Positions 35,863 through 44,074 of a stretch of DNA of 51,030 nucleotides are shown here, in pieces. The position numbers and the translations under genes were made by a program. The notes under the pieces are model-generated. The model saw nothing but the letters and a program-made list of their open reading frames with translations, searched no databases and was not told where the DNA came from. Position 1 is the first letter of the stretch; the number at the start of each line of letters is the position of its first letter. The stretch is from Candidatus Avimonoglobus intestinipullorum (lineage in GTDB: Bacteria; Bacillota; Clostridia; UBA1381): assembly GCA_018714645.1 (NCBI GenBank), contig DVND01000019.1, positions 1 through 51,030 on the forward strand. Reading direction: 5' to 3'.

Positions 35863-38346
35863 CTATTTTTGGATGGAGACGGTCCGGTTCTCCCCGTCCC
35901 AATCCACGTTGTATCCGAGCCCTTCCGCCAGCACGCGCACCGGCACCAGCACGCGCCCATCGATCAGCCGCGCCGGCACGTCCAGGGCATATTCCTGCCC
36001 GTTCACCTGTGCGGCGGCGCTGTCCACCGTGAAGGAGCAGCTCTGCCCGCCGCCCGCGGCGGCTGCCGTTTGGGTTTCCTGATCCCATTCCACCTGCATG
36101 CCCAGCTGTTCAAAAATCAGCCGCATGGGCACCAGCGTCCGCCCGTTCTCCACCACCGGCAGGCTGTCAAAGCCCAGCGCCGTCCCGCCGGCGAACACCA
36201 GCACGCTGCCCTCCCCTTGCGGCAGCTCCAGCGCCTCCCGGCCGTTGATTACGAGATACCCGTCTACGTACTGCACGGTCTCAACCGGCCCGCCCACCGT
36301 ATAAGGCGACCAGTACACGCCGTCCCGGGAGGTGTAGAGGGTATCCCCCTCCGTGTAATAATACACGCCGCCCAGGGCTTCGATATAGCCGGGCGCGGCC
36401 CCCTGGTATTCCACCGGCAGGAAGGTCTCGCCGTCCGGGGTGAGGTATTCCGCGCCGTCCGCCACCACCGCCGCAAAGACGCCGCCGTTGTCCCGGGGGA
36501 GCTGCTTCCCCTCATAGGGCTGCCATTGCGCCCCGTCCGCCGACCAGTGCGCCGCCCCGTCCGCCGTGCGCACATAGTACCGGCCGCGGGCATAGCTTGC
36601 CTCCAGCGTCAGCGCCGGGAACAGGTATTGGCTTTGGATGTTCAGCTCCTTGTCCAGGAACACCACCGCCCCCGCCAGCTCCCGGTAGGGGGAATAGTAT
36701 CCCGGGAGGCCGTCCCACATGCGCCAGCGGGCCATATAGCCGTCCCCGGTTTCAATAAATTCGTAGTTGTTTTCGTTCCCGGCAAAAAACGTCTGCGTCT
36801 GGGGCGGCGCGTCCTTCAGCCGGACCGCAACATCGCCCCCAACGAGTTTCCTGGGGATTTGCTCCCGCTCCTCCGCCGCAAATTCCAGCTCCCGGGGGGT
36901 GTCGGAGATATACATGGAATTGCGGATGCCGCCGAACTGGTTGACCGGCAGGATGACCGTCAGCTCCACCTCCGTGACCTGCATGGGCAAAAGCTCCACG
37001 CAGGCCATCATGTCCGAGACCATGTCGTCCGTGGCGCCCTTGGAGACCACCGGCTGCAGGAGGTTCCCCTCCCCGTCCCGCACAATGACGATGGCATTGG
37101 AGGCGGAGCGCATGTTGTACTTCCAGTAGCGGGTCATGTAGCTGTTGTTGTTAATGGAAATGTGGTACGTCGTAGCCACGCCGAAATTGCCCACGCTGCA
37201 GGAAAAGCCGGTGTTATCGCGCTCTGTGGAGAGGGGGTAATTGGGCAGGTAGTCCGCCTCCTCCAAGCCCGTCACCAGGCCGTCGTAACCGATGGTGTCG
37301 CTGTGGTACGCGTCAAAGACCCACACGTCGTCCCGTTCCTCTTCGGGGATGTTGGGGCCGTAGTACAGGAGCTTGGAAGCGTCCTTATATTTGAATACCA
37401 TCAAATCCGACTCTGCGGCGTATTTCCCGTAAGAACCGTCAGCCTGGGGGTTTAAGTGCGTCACCCATTCCGTCATCTGATAGCCGTCGGGATTATATTG
37501 GTTGTAAATTTTCACAGGCAGGTACGTCCCCTCGGGGTTGTACTGGTCGACCTCGTATTCCAGCCAGGTATCCACGATGGGGAGATTGTCGGCGACGCCT
37601 TTGAACATCCTGTCCCGGACGTATTCCCCGAAGGCGGGCTCCGCCGCCATATGGCTGCGGTCGCCCACCGTGCCCGTGGAGCGCAGGGCGGCGATATTCA
37701 TATCCACCACGCCCGTCTGCACCTCAACCTCCCCCGCCAGGAACATGGTCCGGCGGAAGACGACGGGGCTGTAGTTTTCCACGAAGCTGCTGAGCCATAC
37801 GGTCTCCCCTTTTTTCAGCTCCACCGTCACAGGTTCCTGCGGCTCCCCCGCCTCGTAGACGATGGCGCTTTTGAGCTGGTAAATATCTTCGCCCAGCATC
37901 CGGGCGCAGGCGTTTAAGTGGGCGTAGCTGTCCTCCTCGGCGGTGAGGACGCCGTCATCCAGGTAATTGTGCAGCTGGGGCGTTTCAAACGCCGTCTTAT
38001 GGACGACAAACGTAGCGTCCTCCTTTGCGGTGATCTGCACATCCACCTCGATGTCGAAGCCCTTGTCCAGCAGCGTATACATCTCCCGCGGGCCGGTGTG
38101 GTTGATGACCGAGATGTAGAGGCTGTAGTAATCCGGGCCTAAATCTTCATTGTTCATCAGATATTTGGGGTTCTCATTGGAGGTGTCGGCCAGCCATTCG
38201 TTGGTAATGGCCTCCGGGTTGTTGAAGTAGATGAATTTCCCGCCGGCGCGGGGCGTAAAAACCAGGTCGCAGGGCTGCTGCGTAACAGCCTGGGCCGGCG
38301 CGGCGGACAGGAGTATCAAAAACAGCGCGATGATGTATTTTTTCAT
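35863..38346 (-). CDS. large secreted protein: unknown ~560-aa N-terminal region, Asp-box (BNR-like) repeats, two C-terminal stalk (copper-amine-oxidase-N-like) domains
   Basis: 827 aa. Signal peptide MKKYIIALFLILLSAAPAQA. Asp-box-like S/T-x-D-G-x-x-W/F motifs (SADGAQW, SRDGVYW, TPDGETF). The C-terminus has two stalk-type segments (RTLVPMRLIFEQLGMQVEWD and RVLVPVRVLAEGLGYNVDWDGENRTVSI). Confidence 0.75.
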   Translation of the reverse strand: MKKYIIALFLILLSAAPAQAVTQQPCDLVFTPRAGGKFIYFNNPEAITNEWLADTSNENPKYLMNNEDLGPDYYSLYISVINHTGPREMYTLLDKGFDIEVDVQITAKEDATFVVHKTAFETPQLHNYLDDGVLTAEEDSYAHLNACARMLGEDIYQLKSAIVYEAGEPQEPVTVELKKGETVWLSSFVENYSPVVFRRTMFLAGEVEVQTGVVDMNIAALRSTGTVGDRSHMAAEPAFGEYVRDRMFKGVADNLPIVDTWLEYEVDQYNPEGTYLPVKIYNQYNPDGYQMTEWVTHLNPQADGSYGKYAAESDLMVFKYKDASKLLYYGPNIPEEERDDVWVFDAYHSDTIGYDGLVTGLEEADYLPNYPLSTERDNTGFSCSVGNFGVATTYHISINNNSYMTRYWKYNMRSASNAIVIVRDGEGNLLQPVVSKGATDDMVSDMMACVELLPMQVTEVELTVILPVNQFGGIRNSMYISDTPRELEFAAEEREQIPRKLVGGDVAVRLKDAPPQTQTFFAGNENNYEFIETGDGYMARWRMWDGLPGYYSPYRELAGAVVFLDKELNIQSQYLFPALTLEASYARGRYYVRTADGAAHWSADGAQWQPYEGKQLPRDNGGVFAAVVADGAEYLTPDGETFLPVEYQGAAPGYIEALGGVYYYTEGDTLYTSRDGVYWSPYTVGGPVETVQYVDGYLVINGREALELPQGEGSVLVFAGGTALGFDSLPVVENGRTLVPMRLIFEQLGMQVEWDQETQTAAAAGGGQSCSFTVDSAAAQVNGQEYALDVPARLIDGRVLVPVRVLAEGLGYNVDWDGENRTVSIQK

Positions 38347-38380
38347 AGGTATCCTCTCAAAAGTTCAGTATAGTGGCTTT

Positions 38381-38409
38381 ATTGTATCATATCGCCCGCG
38401 GCGGCGCAA
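38381..38409 (-). promoter_or_regulatory. candidate promoter of the 827-aa protein gene
   Basis: On the minus strand, TTGCGC (38404-38409), a 17-nt spacer and TACAAT (38381-38386). Confidence 0.4.
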
Positions 38410-38431
38410 GATTTTTCCCGCATTTTTGCAA

Positions 38432-38460
38432 TTGCTTTTTGCCGGGAACTGTATTATAAT
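38432..38460 (+). promoter_or_regulatory. candidate promoter of the ABC ATPase/membrane protein pair
   Basis: TTGCTT (38432-38437), a 17-nt spacer and TATAAT (38455-38460). Confidence 0.45.
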
Positions 38461-38489
38461 AGGAACAACTACATATCGGGAGGGCATTT

Positions 38490-39191
38490 ATGAACGTTGT
38501 AATTGAGCATTTATCCAAACGCTTCGGGGAAAAACCCGTCCTGCGGGACGTGGGGTTTACCTTTGAAAGCGGCAAGATTTACGGCCTCTTGGGCCGGAAC
38601 GGGGCCGGCAAAACCACCCTGTTCAACTGCCTGAACCGGGATATCAATGCCGACGGCGGCAGCTTTTATCTGGAGGAGGGCGGCGTGCGCCGGGCCGTAC
38701 AGGCCGGGGATATCGGCTACGTCCTCTCCACGCCGGCGGTGCCGGAATTCCTGACCGGGCGGGAATTTTTAAAATTCTTCCTGGACATCAACCCGCCGCA
38801 GGAGCCAAAATCCATCGACGGCTATTTCGACGATATGCGCATCGCCCCGGACGACCGGGACAAGCTGTTAAAGGACTATTCCCACGGCATGAAAAACAAA
38901 ATGCAGATGCTGGTGAACATCATCGCCGAACCCAACATCCTGCTGCTGGATGAACCGCTGACGTCGCTGGACGTGGTGGTGGCGGAAGAGATGAAGCAGC
39001 TGCTGCGCACGCTGAAAAACGGGCGGATCACTATTTTTTCCACGCATCTTCTGGACCTGGCGCTGGATTTGTGCGATGAAATCGTGCTCCTGAACCACGG
39101 TGTGCTGGAGCAGGTGGACAAGAGCAATCTGGACAGCCGCGAATTTAAGGAAAAAATCCTGGCGGCGCTGCAGGAGGACAGCCATGAATAA
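38490..39191 (+). CDS. ABC transporter ATP-binding protein
   Basis: 233 aa with Walker A GLLGRNGAGKTTL, a variant signature YSHGMKNK and Walker B LLLDEPLTSLD. Confidence 0.9.
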   Translation: MNVVIEHLSKRFGEKPVLRDVGFTFESGKIYGLLGRNGAGKTTLFNCLNRDINADGGSFYLEEGGVRRAVQAGDIGYVLSTPAVPEFLTGREFLKFFLDINPPQEPKSIDGYFDDMRIAPDDRDKLLKDYSHGMKNKMQMLVNIIAEPNILLLDEPLTSLDVVVAEEMKQLLRTLKNGRITIFSTHLLDLALDLCDEIVLLNHGVLEQVDKSNLDSREFKEKILAALQEDSHE

Positions 39192-40755
39192 GACACTGCG
39201 TATTTCATTTGCCCTCAGGAACACGTACCGGGTCAACAGCATTTTATATGCGCTCAAGCAGATCCCGCTGGTGAAGCGGCTGCTGCCGGACACGCTGTAT
39301 CAGGTGCGGGGGCTGAAGGTGTTTGCCAATGTGCTGTCGGTTCTTTGGGAAATCATCTCCGCCTTTCTGGGGAAGCTGGTATATCTTGCCGTGATGGTTT
39401 TCGGCGCGGGAATGCTTTACACAACCGCGCCGCGGGAACAGGTATTCCTGCACCTTCTGGTGCTTCTGACCATCCTCGGCGCGTTTGTGAACACGTTTAT
39501 GTTCAACCCGTCCAAAGACAAATATTACGCCATGATCCTCATGCGCATGGATGCGAAGGACTACACATTGGTCAATTATGGCTATGCCATTTTAAAGGTG
39601 CTGGCGGGCTTTCTTCCCTTCTGCATCCTGCTCGGCACGGCCGCCGGCGTACCGTTATGGATTTGCCTGCTGATCCCGTTTTTTGTCGCCGGGCTGAAAA
39701 TGACGGTTGCGGCATTCTCCCTTTGGGATTACGAAAAACACGGGACCATCCGGAACGAAAATGGGTTGGACAGGCTCGTCTGGGCGGCTGTCGCCATCCT
39801 GCTGGCGCTGGCCTATGGGCTGCCAGCTTTTGGGATCGTGCTCCCCGTCCCCGTTTGTGTGGGGTTCATGGCGCTGTGTATCCTGTCCGGCGCGGCGTCT
39901 GTCCGCAGGATATTGGCCTTTGGCCGCTACCGGGAACTGTACCAGCAGGTTCTCGCCGGTTCCGTAAATCAGATGGATGCCGCCAAACAGCGTTCATTGG
40001 AAGCGAGTCAAAAATTCATCTCCGCCGACGCCGGCATCACCAGCCGGAAAAAGGGGTTTGAATACCTGAACGACTTGTTCATAAAGCGGCACAAAAAAAT
40101 CCTCTGGAAGGCCTCCCAAAGCGTCGCAATCGTATGCGTTGTTTTGATAATTGCCGTTTTGACGGCATTCCAATTCCTTCCGGAATTTAAGGAAAAAACC
40201 AACGAATTGCTGATGGTATTCCTGCCGTATTTCGTGTTCATCATGTACGCCATCAACCGCGGGACGGGCTTCACGCGGGCGCTGTTTATGAACTGCGACC
40301 ACAGCCTGCTGACCTATCCCTTTTATAAACAGCCCAAAATGGTATTGAAACTGTTTGGTATCCGGCTGCGGGAGATCATCAAAATCAACCTGCTGCCGGC
40401 GGCGGTGATCGGCGCGGGGCTTGCGTTGCTGCTCTGGGCCTCCGGCGGGACGGACAACCCCGTCAATTACGCAGTGCTGTTTATTTCCATCATCTGTATG
40501 AGCATCTTCTTTTCCGTGCACTATCTGATGATTTATTACCTGCTGCAGCCCTACAACGCCGCAACAGAGATGAAAAACGCAACTTATCAAATTGTGCTGA
40601 CCGCCACGTATCTGGTATGCTTCTACATGATGCGGCTGCGGATGCCCACGCTGGTATTCGGGCTGCTGACCATTATTTTCTGCGTGCTGTACTGTGTCGT
40701 TGCGTGCATTTTGGTTTACCGCCTGGCGCCAAAAACATTTCGGCTGCGAAATTAA
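39184..40755 (+). CDS. polytopic membrane protein, putative ABC exporter permease component
   Basis: The ATG at 39184 (MNKTLRISFALRN...) overlaps the ATPase stop by 8 nt, suggesting translational coupling. 523 aa with two blocks of about 5-6 hydrophobic helices separated by a roughly 90-aa soluble linker. It resembles the Firmicute family called putative ABC exporter, recalled from memory and not verified. Confidence 0.65.
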   Translation: MNKTLRISFALRNTYRVNSILYALKQIPLVKRLLPDTLYQVRGLKVFANVLSVLWEIISAFLGKLVYLAVMVFGAGMLYTTAPREQVFLHLLVLLTILGAFVNTFMFNPSKDKYYAMILMRMDAKDYTLVNYGYAILKVLAGFLPFCILLGTAAGVPLWICLLIPFFVAGLKMTVAAFSLWDYEKHGTIRNENGLDRLVWAAVAILLALAYGLPAFGIVLPVPVCVGFMALCILSGAASVRRILAFGRYRELYQQVLAGSVNQMDAAKQRSLEASQKFISADAGITSRKKGFEYLNDLFIKRHKKILWKASQSVAIVCVVLIIAVLTAFQFLPEFKEKTNELLMVFLPYFVFIMYAINRGTGFTRALFMNCDHSLLTYPFYKQPKMVLKLFGIRLREIIKINLLPAAVIGAGLALLLWASGGTDNPVNYAVLFISIICMSIFFSVHYLMIYYLLQPYNAATEMKNATYQIVLTATYLVCFYMMRLRMPTLVFGLLTIIFCVLYCVVACILVYRLAPKTFRLRN

Positions 40756-40787
40756 GCTGCCGATGCCGGGCGGCTGCAGAAACCCAT

Positions 40788-40817
40788 AAAAAAAGGAGCC
40801 CGTTGCAGCTCCTTTTT
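40788..40817. terminator. bidirectional intrinsic terminator
   Basis: AAAAAAAGGAGC-ccgttgca-GCTCCTTTTT between the convergent membrane-protein and P-II-like genes. A second small GC hairpin, GGCGGC-ccg-GCCGCC, lies at 40828-40842. Confidence 0.75.
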
Positions 40818-40846
40818 GTTTGGCAAAGGCGGCCCGGCCGCCCGGT

Positions 40847-41566
40847 TTACTCTTCCAATCCAATTGCGTCATCCACCGGCAGGGATATAACAGTGCCGTG
40901 CGCAGGCGTGCGCAATCCGCATGCATTGCAGATTGCGGACATAATTTCCCCTTTTTTTGCCCTGGGGGCCACAATCATCACAAAATCCTGCTCATCCTGC
41001 ATGGGAATGCCAAGATGCTGGCTCACGTGCTCCGAATTTTGGCGCCTGCCGCGCAGGATGGTCCCGCCTTTCGCGCCGGCGGCCCTCGCCGTATCGATCA
41101 CCTGATCGCTGTATCCGGCCGCGACAGAAACCCAAATCACATTATATTCTGACTTCTCATGTATTTCAGCCATGTCTCCTTCGATCCTTTCATTGATTCG
41201 TTTTTCTACGATGGCGCGGGATTCATCGTTTAACATGTGATACAGCGGGCTTTGCAGCCCGGTTATCGGAATTGTGATAACGATTCCGCCGCCCCTTTGA
41301 TAAAAAGATAATTGCCGCCCTGCTTTTTCAAACAGCTCCTTCACAGCGAATTTGGGCAGCAGCCCGATTGTGACCAGCCGGGTCGTCCCCCCGAATCCAA
41401 AGATGTCCATAATCTCCGACGGGGCGGTACCCTGCCCCCGGCATTGGTAAAATATCGGGATGTGCATGGAATCAAAAATCCCTTCGATCTTTTTTTCATC
41501 CTCTGCGTGCATGATAAAAATCACCATGCGCGGCGCAGAAAGTTTTCCTTCCCTTGGAATACTCAT
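40847..41566 (-). CDS. tandem P-II-like signal-transduction protein (two P-II folds in one chain)
   Basis: 239 aa. Each half begins with a beta-strand plus helix typical of P-II (MVIFIMHAEDEKKIEGIFDSMHIP... and NVIWVSVAAGYSDQVIDTARAAGAKGGTILRGRR...). The ATG overlaps the stop of the upstream DUF1538 gene (ATGA). Confidence 0.7.
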   Translation of the reverse strand: MSIPREGKLSAPRMVIFIMHAEDEKKIEGIFDSMHIPIFYQCRGQGTAPSEIMDIFGFGGTTRLVTIGLLPKFAVKELFEKAGRQLSFYQRGGGIVITIPITGLQSPLYHMLNDESRAIVEKRINERIEGDMAEIHEKSEYNVIWVSVAAGYSDQVIDTARAAGAKGGTILRGRRQNSEHVSQHLGIPMQDEQDFVMIVAPRAKKGEIMSAICNACGLRTPAHGTVISLPVDDAIGLEE

Positions 41567-43080
41567 TCAAAATCCTCCTCAAAGTCAACGACAGTTTCAT
41601 CCGGCAGCGCCTCTGCGGGCTGCGGAACAGCCTTCGCCTTGCGCACATAGATGAGCCCCATAATTTGAATTGCAAGCAGCGGCGCCATGGCAACCAAAGC
41701 CACAACGCCAAATGCGTCCGTCACCACAGTGCCCCCCGCCGCCACACAGGCGCCCATTGCCAGCGGCAGTAAAAAGGTCGAGGTCATTGGGCCGCTGGCA
41801 ACGCCGCCGGAGTCAAACGCGATCCCGGCGAAAACAGGCGGTACAAGACGGCTGAGCACAAGAGAAATGATATAACCCGGTATAATCACCCAATAAATAT
41901 TGATCCCTGTCAAAACTCTTACCATCGCAAGCGCCACCGCACAGGCGACGCCAATGGAAAGCGCTGTATTCATCATTTTGTGCGATATCGTGCCGCCGGT
42001 CAAATCCTCTACCTGTTCGTTGAGGATTTGCACGGCGGGTTCCGCCTTGACAATATAATACCCGATTATGATCCCAATGGGAACCAGCAGCCATTTGAAC
42101 GGGCTTCCCCCCAAGCCGCTTCCCAACAAGCTTCCCACAGGGGCAAATCCAACGTTTACGCCCGTGAGGAATAGAATTAGCCCCAGCACGGTGTACACGA
42201 ACCCCACAACCATCCTTAAAACCTGCCGCTTATGATAATTCCGCGCAATCAGCTGGAATATGGCAAACACGCCCGCGACAGGCAAAATGCTGAGTGCAAC
42301 CTCTTTTCCATAGCGGGGGAGTTCGTAGACAAATTGTTTCATGACGTCACGTGTTGTGATAATGCTGGGGACTTCCGTCGCAGTATAGGCCGCATCCGTA
42401 GGATTGTAAAAAATCCCAAGCAATAACACCATCATGATCGGCCCCACGCTGCACAAAGCGACAAGCCCGAAGCTGTCGCTGGTCCCATCCCGGTCGCTCC
42501 GGGCGGCCGACAGGCCGACCCCCAGCGCCATGATGAACGGGACCGTCATCGGCCCGGTCGTAACCCCGCCGGAATCAAATGCCACGGCGGTAAAAGAATC
42601 GGGCGAGAAGAAAGACAGCACAAACAGCAATATATAGAATATCAGCAGCATGTTTGAAAGGCTGATATGAAACAGGATCCGCAAAACAGCCACCACAAGA
42701 AACACTCCTACCCCTACTGCCACCGTCCAGATCAAAACCCGGTTCGGAATAGAAGCCACTTGATTTGCCAGCACCTGGAGGTCCGGTTCCGCAATCGTAA
42801 TGATAACCCCCATTAAAAAGCTGACCAGCACAATCAGGATAATCCGTTTGCTTTTGATTAAGCGTCCGCCTACGCCCTGCCCCAAAGGCGTCATCGCCAT
42901 CTCCGCCCCGAGCTGAAAAAAACCCATGCCGACAATCAGCAATACCGCCCCGGCAAGAAACAGGGCAAGCGTTCCAATTTCCATGGGCACAAGCGTGATG
43001 CTTAAAAATAAAACAATGATGGTAATGGGGAGGACGCTGGATAACGATTCTTTAATTTTCTCTTTTAATTTTTCATTCAC
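41563..43080 (-). CDS. membrane protein with two fused DUF1538 repeats
   Basis: 505 aa and polytopic. An internal duplication is visible (ITIAEPDLQVLANQV vs IVKAEPAVQILNEQV; AFDSGGVTTGPMTVPFIMALGVG vs AFDSGGVASGPMTSTFLLPLAMG). GTG start at 43080, about 13 nt after AGGAGG. Confidence 0.75.
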   Translation of the reverse strand: MNEKLKEKIKESLSSVLPITIIVLFLSITLVPMEIGTLALFLAGAVLLIVGMGFFQLGAEMAMTPLGQGVGGRLIKSKRIILIVLVSFLMGVIITIAEPDLQVLANQVASIPNRVLIWTVAVGVGVFLVVAVLRILFHISLSNMLLIFYILLFVLSFFSPDSFTAVAFDSGGVTTGPMTVPFIMALGVGLSAARSDRDGTSDSFGLVALCSVGPIMMVLLLGIFYNPTDAAYTATEVPSIITTRDVMKQFVYELPRYGKEVALSILPVAGVFAIFQLIARNYHKRQVLRMVVGFVYTVLGLILFLTGVNVGFAPVGSLLGSGLGGSPFKWLLVPIGIIIGYYIVKAEPAVQILNEQVEDLTGGTISHKMMNTALSIGVACAVALAMVRVLTGINIYWVIIPGYIISLVLSRLVPPVFAGIAFDSGGVASGPMTSTFLLPLAMGACVAAGGTVVTDAFGVVALVAMAPLLAIQIMGLIYVRKAKAVPQPAEALPDETVVDFEEDFE

Positions 43081-43275
43081 AACAGTTAAAAGACCTCCTT
43101 TATTACAAAGGACATCTTAAAACATCCTTTGGATTTGAATAATCAGAATGCATCCATGCCGTATCACAGACAGGCCCAACGTCTATGTCCCCAATTTTAT
43201 GTACCATGATATTCATATACAGTAGAACCTTCTGCCGCTCACGTCCTTAAACATTCTTTCTAATTATATATTAAT

Positions 43276-43304
43276 ATTATACACTTTTTCGGAAAGTAAT
43301 TCAA
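43276..43304 (-). promoter_or_regulatory. candidate sigma-A promoter of the DUF1538/P-II operon
   Basis: On the minus strand, TTGAAT (43299-43304), a 17-nt spacer and TATAAT (43276-43281). This implies a roughly 190-nt 5-prime UTR. Confidence 0.45.
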
Positions 43305-43556
43305 TATGCAATGTTTATTTTGATTGCAAACAACATTCTTAGAGATACAGATACCCCCCCTTTGCAATATTTTTTTATCCAACCTTTGGCACGCCGGTCT
43401 TTCATCTTTATCCCCCGGGGAGGTTCTTTTTTGCATCCTCCACACGCTTTGCGTAAACAACGCCAATCACTAGGTATTGTCAGGCCGAATCCGTCCCTTT
43501 GTGTAAGATGACGAGGATGGGGGCAAATTCCCGGAAAATTATGGGTAAAAATCTCC

Positions 43557-43586
43557 TTGACAGGGATTCTGCTTCCGGCGTATAAT
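43557..43586 (+). promoter_or_regulatory. candidate sigma-A promoter of marR-ABC exporter operon
   Basis: TTGACA (43557-43562), an 18-nt spacer and TATAAT (43581-43586). Confidence 0.55.
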
Positions 43587-43601
43587 TGACACGTCAATTA
43601 T
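43582..43601. promoter_or_regulatory. perfect 20-bp palindrome, candidate MarR operator
   Basis: ATAATTGAC-AC-GTCAATTAT overlaps the -10 box and the predicted transcription start of the marR operon. Confidence 0.6.
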
Positions 43602-43627
43602 TGATATATCAAGGAGTGATTACAAAG

Positions 43628-44074
43628 GTGGAACGGACATTCCATATGTTATTATACCGGGTATCCCATGCGCAGCGCAGCTATCTGCGCCCCTACGCTG
43701 CGGAAATCGGCCTTGGCACCGGGCAGCCGAAGCTGGTTTCCTATCTGGCGGAGCACGGCCCCTGCCGCCAACGGGAACTTGCGGATTATTTTGAGATTGA
43801 CCCCGCCGCCGTCAGCCGGATGCTGGACAATATGCGCAAGGCCGGTTTTGTCACCTGCCGCGCGGATGAACGCAACCGAAGGTCGGACGTTGTGGAGCTT
43901 ACCGAAAAAGGCCGCACGGCATACGGGAATTGGCGGGCGCATTGCAGGGAAATGGAGGGCATTATGCTGCAGGGATTCTCAGAAGAAGAACGGGCAGCTT
44001 TTGCACAGTATCTTTCCCGGGCTTATAACAACTTTAAAGTACGGCAAGGCGAAAGGGGGGGCAGCAGGACATGA
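43628..44074 (+). CDS. MarR-family transcriptional regulator
   Basis: Winged-HTH (CRQRELADYFEIDPAAVSRMLDNMRKAGFVTCRADERNRRSDVVELTEKG). Start uncertain: GTG at 43628 lies 11 nt after AAGGAG, while the ORF-track TTG at 43586 lies inside the promoter/operator. The stop overlaps the next gene by 4 nt. Confidence 0.85.
   Translation: MERTFHMLLYRVSHAQRSYLRPYAAEIGLGTGQPKLVSYLAEHGPCRQRELADYFEIDPAAVSRMLDNMRKAGFVTCRADERNRRSDVVELTEKGRTAYGNWRAHCREMEGIMLQGFSEEERAAFAQYLSRAYNNFKVRQGERGGSRT

Noticed and set aside
35821-37455. A 544-aa ORF on the plus strand, opposite the 827-aa gene. Similar long antisense ORFs occur at 10717-12093, 20866-21921, 23220-24527, 27956-29224 and 45689-47083.
   Set aside because: Their translations are Arg/Pro/His/Gly-rich low-complexity strings with no motifs and no RBS. 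They lie antisense to ORFs with unmistakable conserved-protein sequences, and 10717-12093 even spans two genes and an intergenic region. These are typical shadow ORFs of GC-rich coding DNA.
43354-43420. The C7 tract (43354-43360) and CCCCCGGGG (43412-43420) as slipped-strand phase-variation switches.
   Set aside because: They lie outside any ORF and outside the -35/-10 spacers of the promoters I can identify. The tracts are short for efficient slippage, and there is no population data.
43305-43556. A possible c-di-AMP (ydaO-type) riboswitch upstream of the P-II/DUF1538 operon, prompted by P-II-like proteins that bind c-di-AMP.
   Set aside because: I could not find the characteristic conserved blocks in the right order on either strand, for example the CAGCUAACCUCGUAAGCG-like 3-prime segment or the paired GGGGA/ACGGGG motifs. 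Only a short CCUCGU fragment matches. This needs cmscan and is not claimable from inspection.
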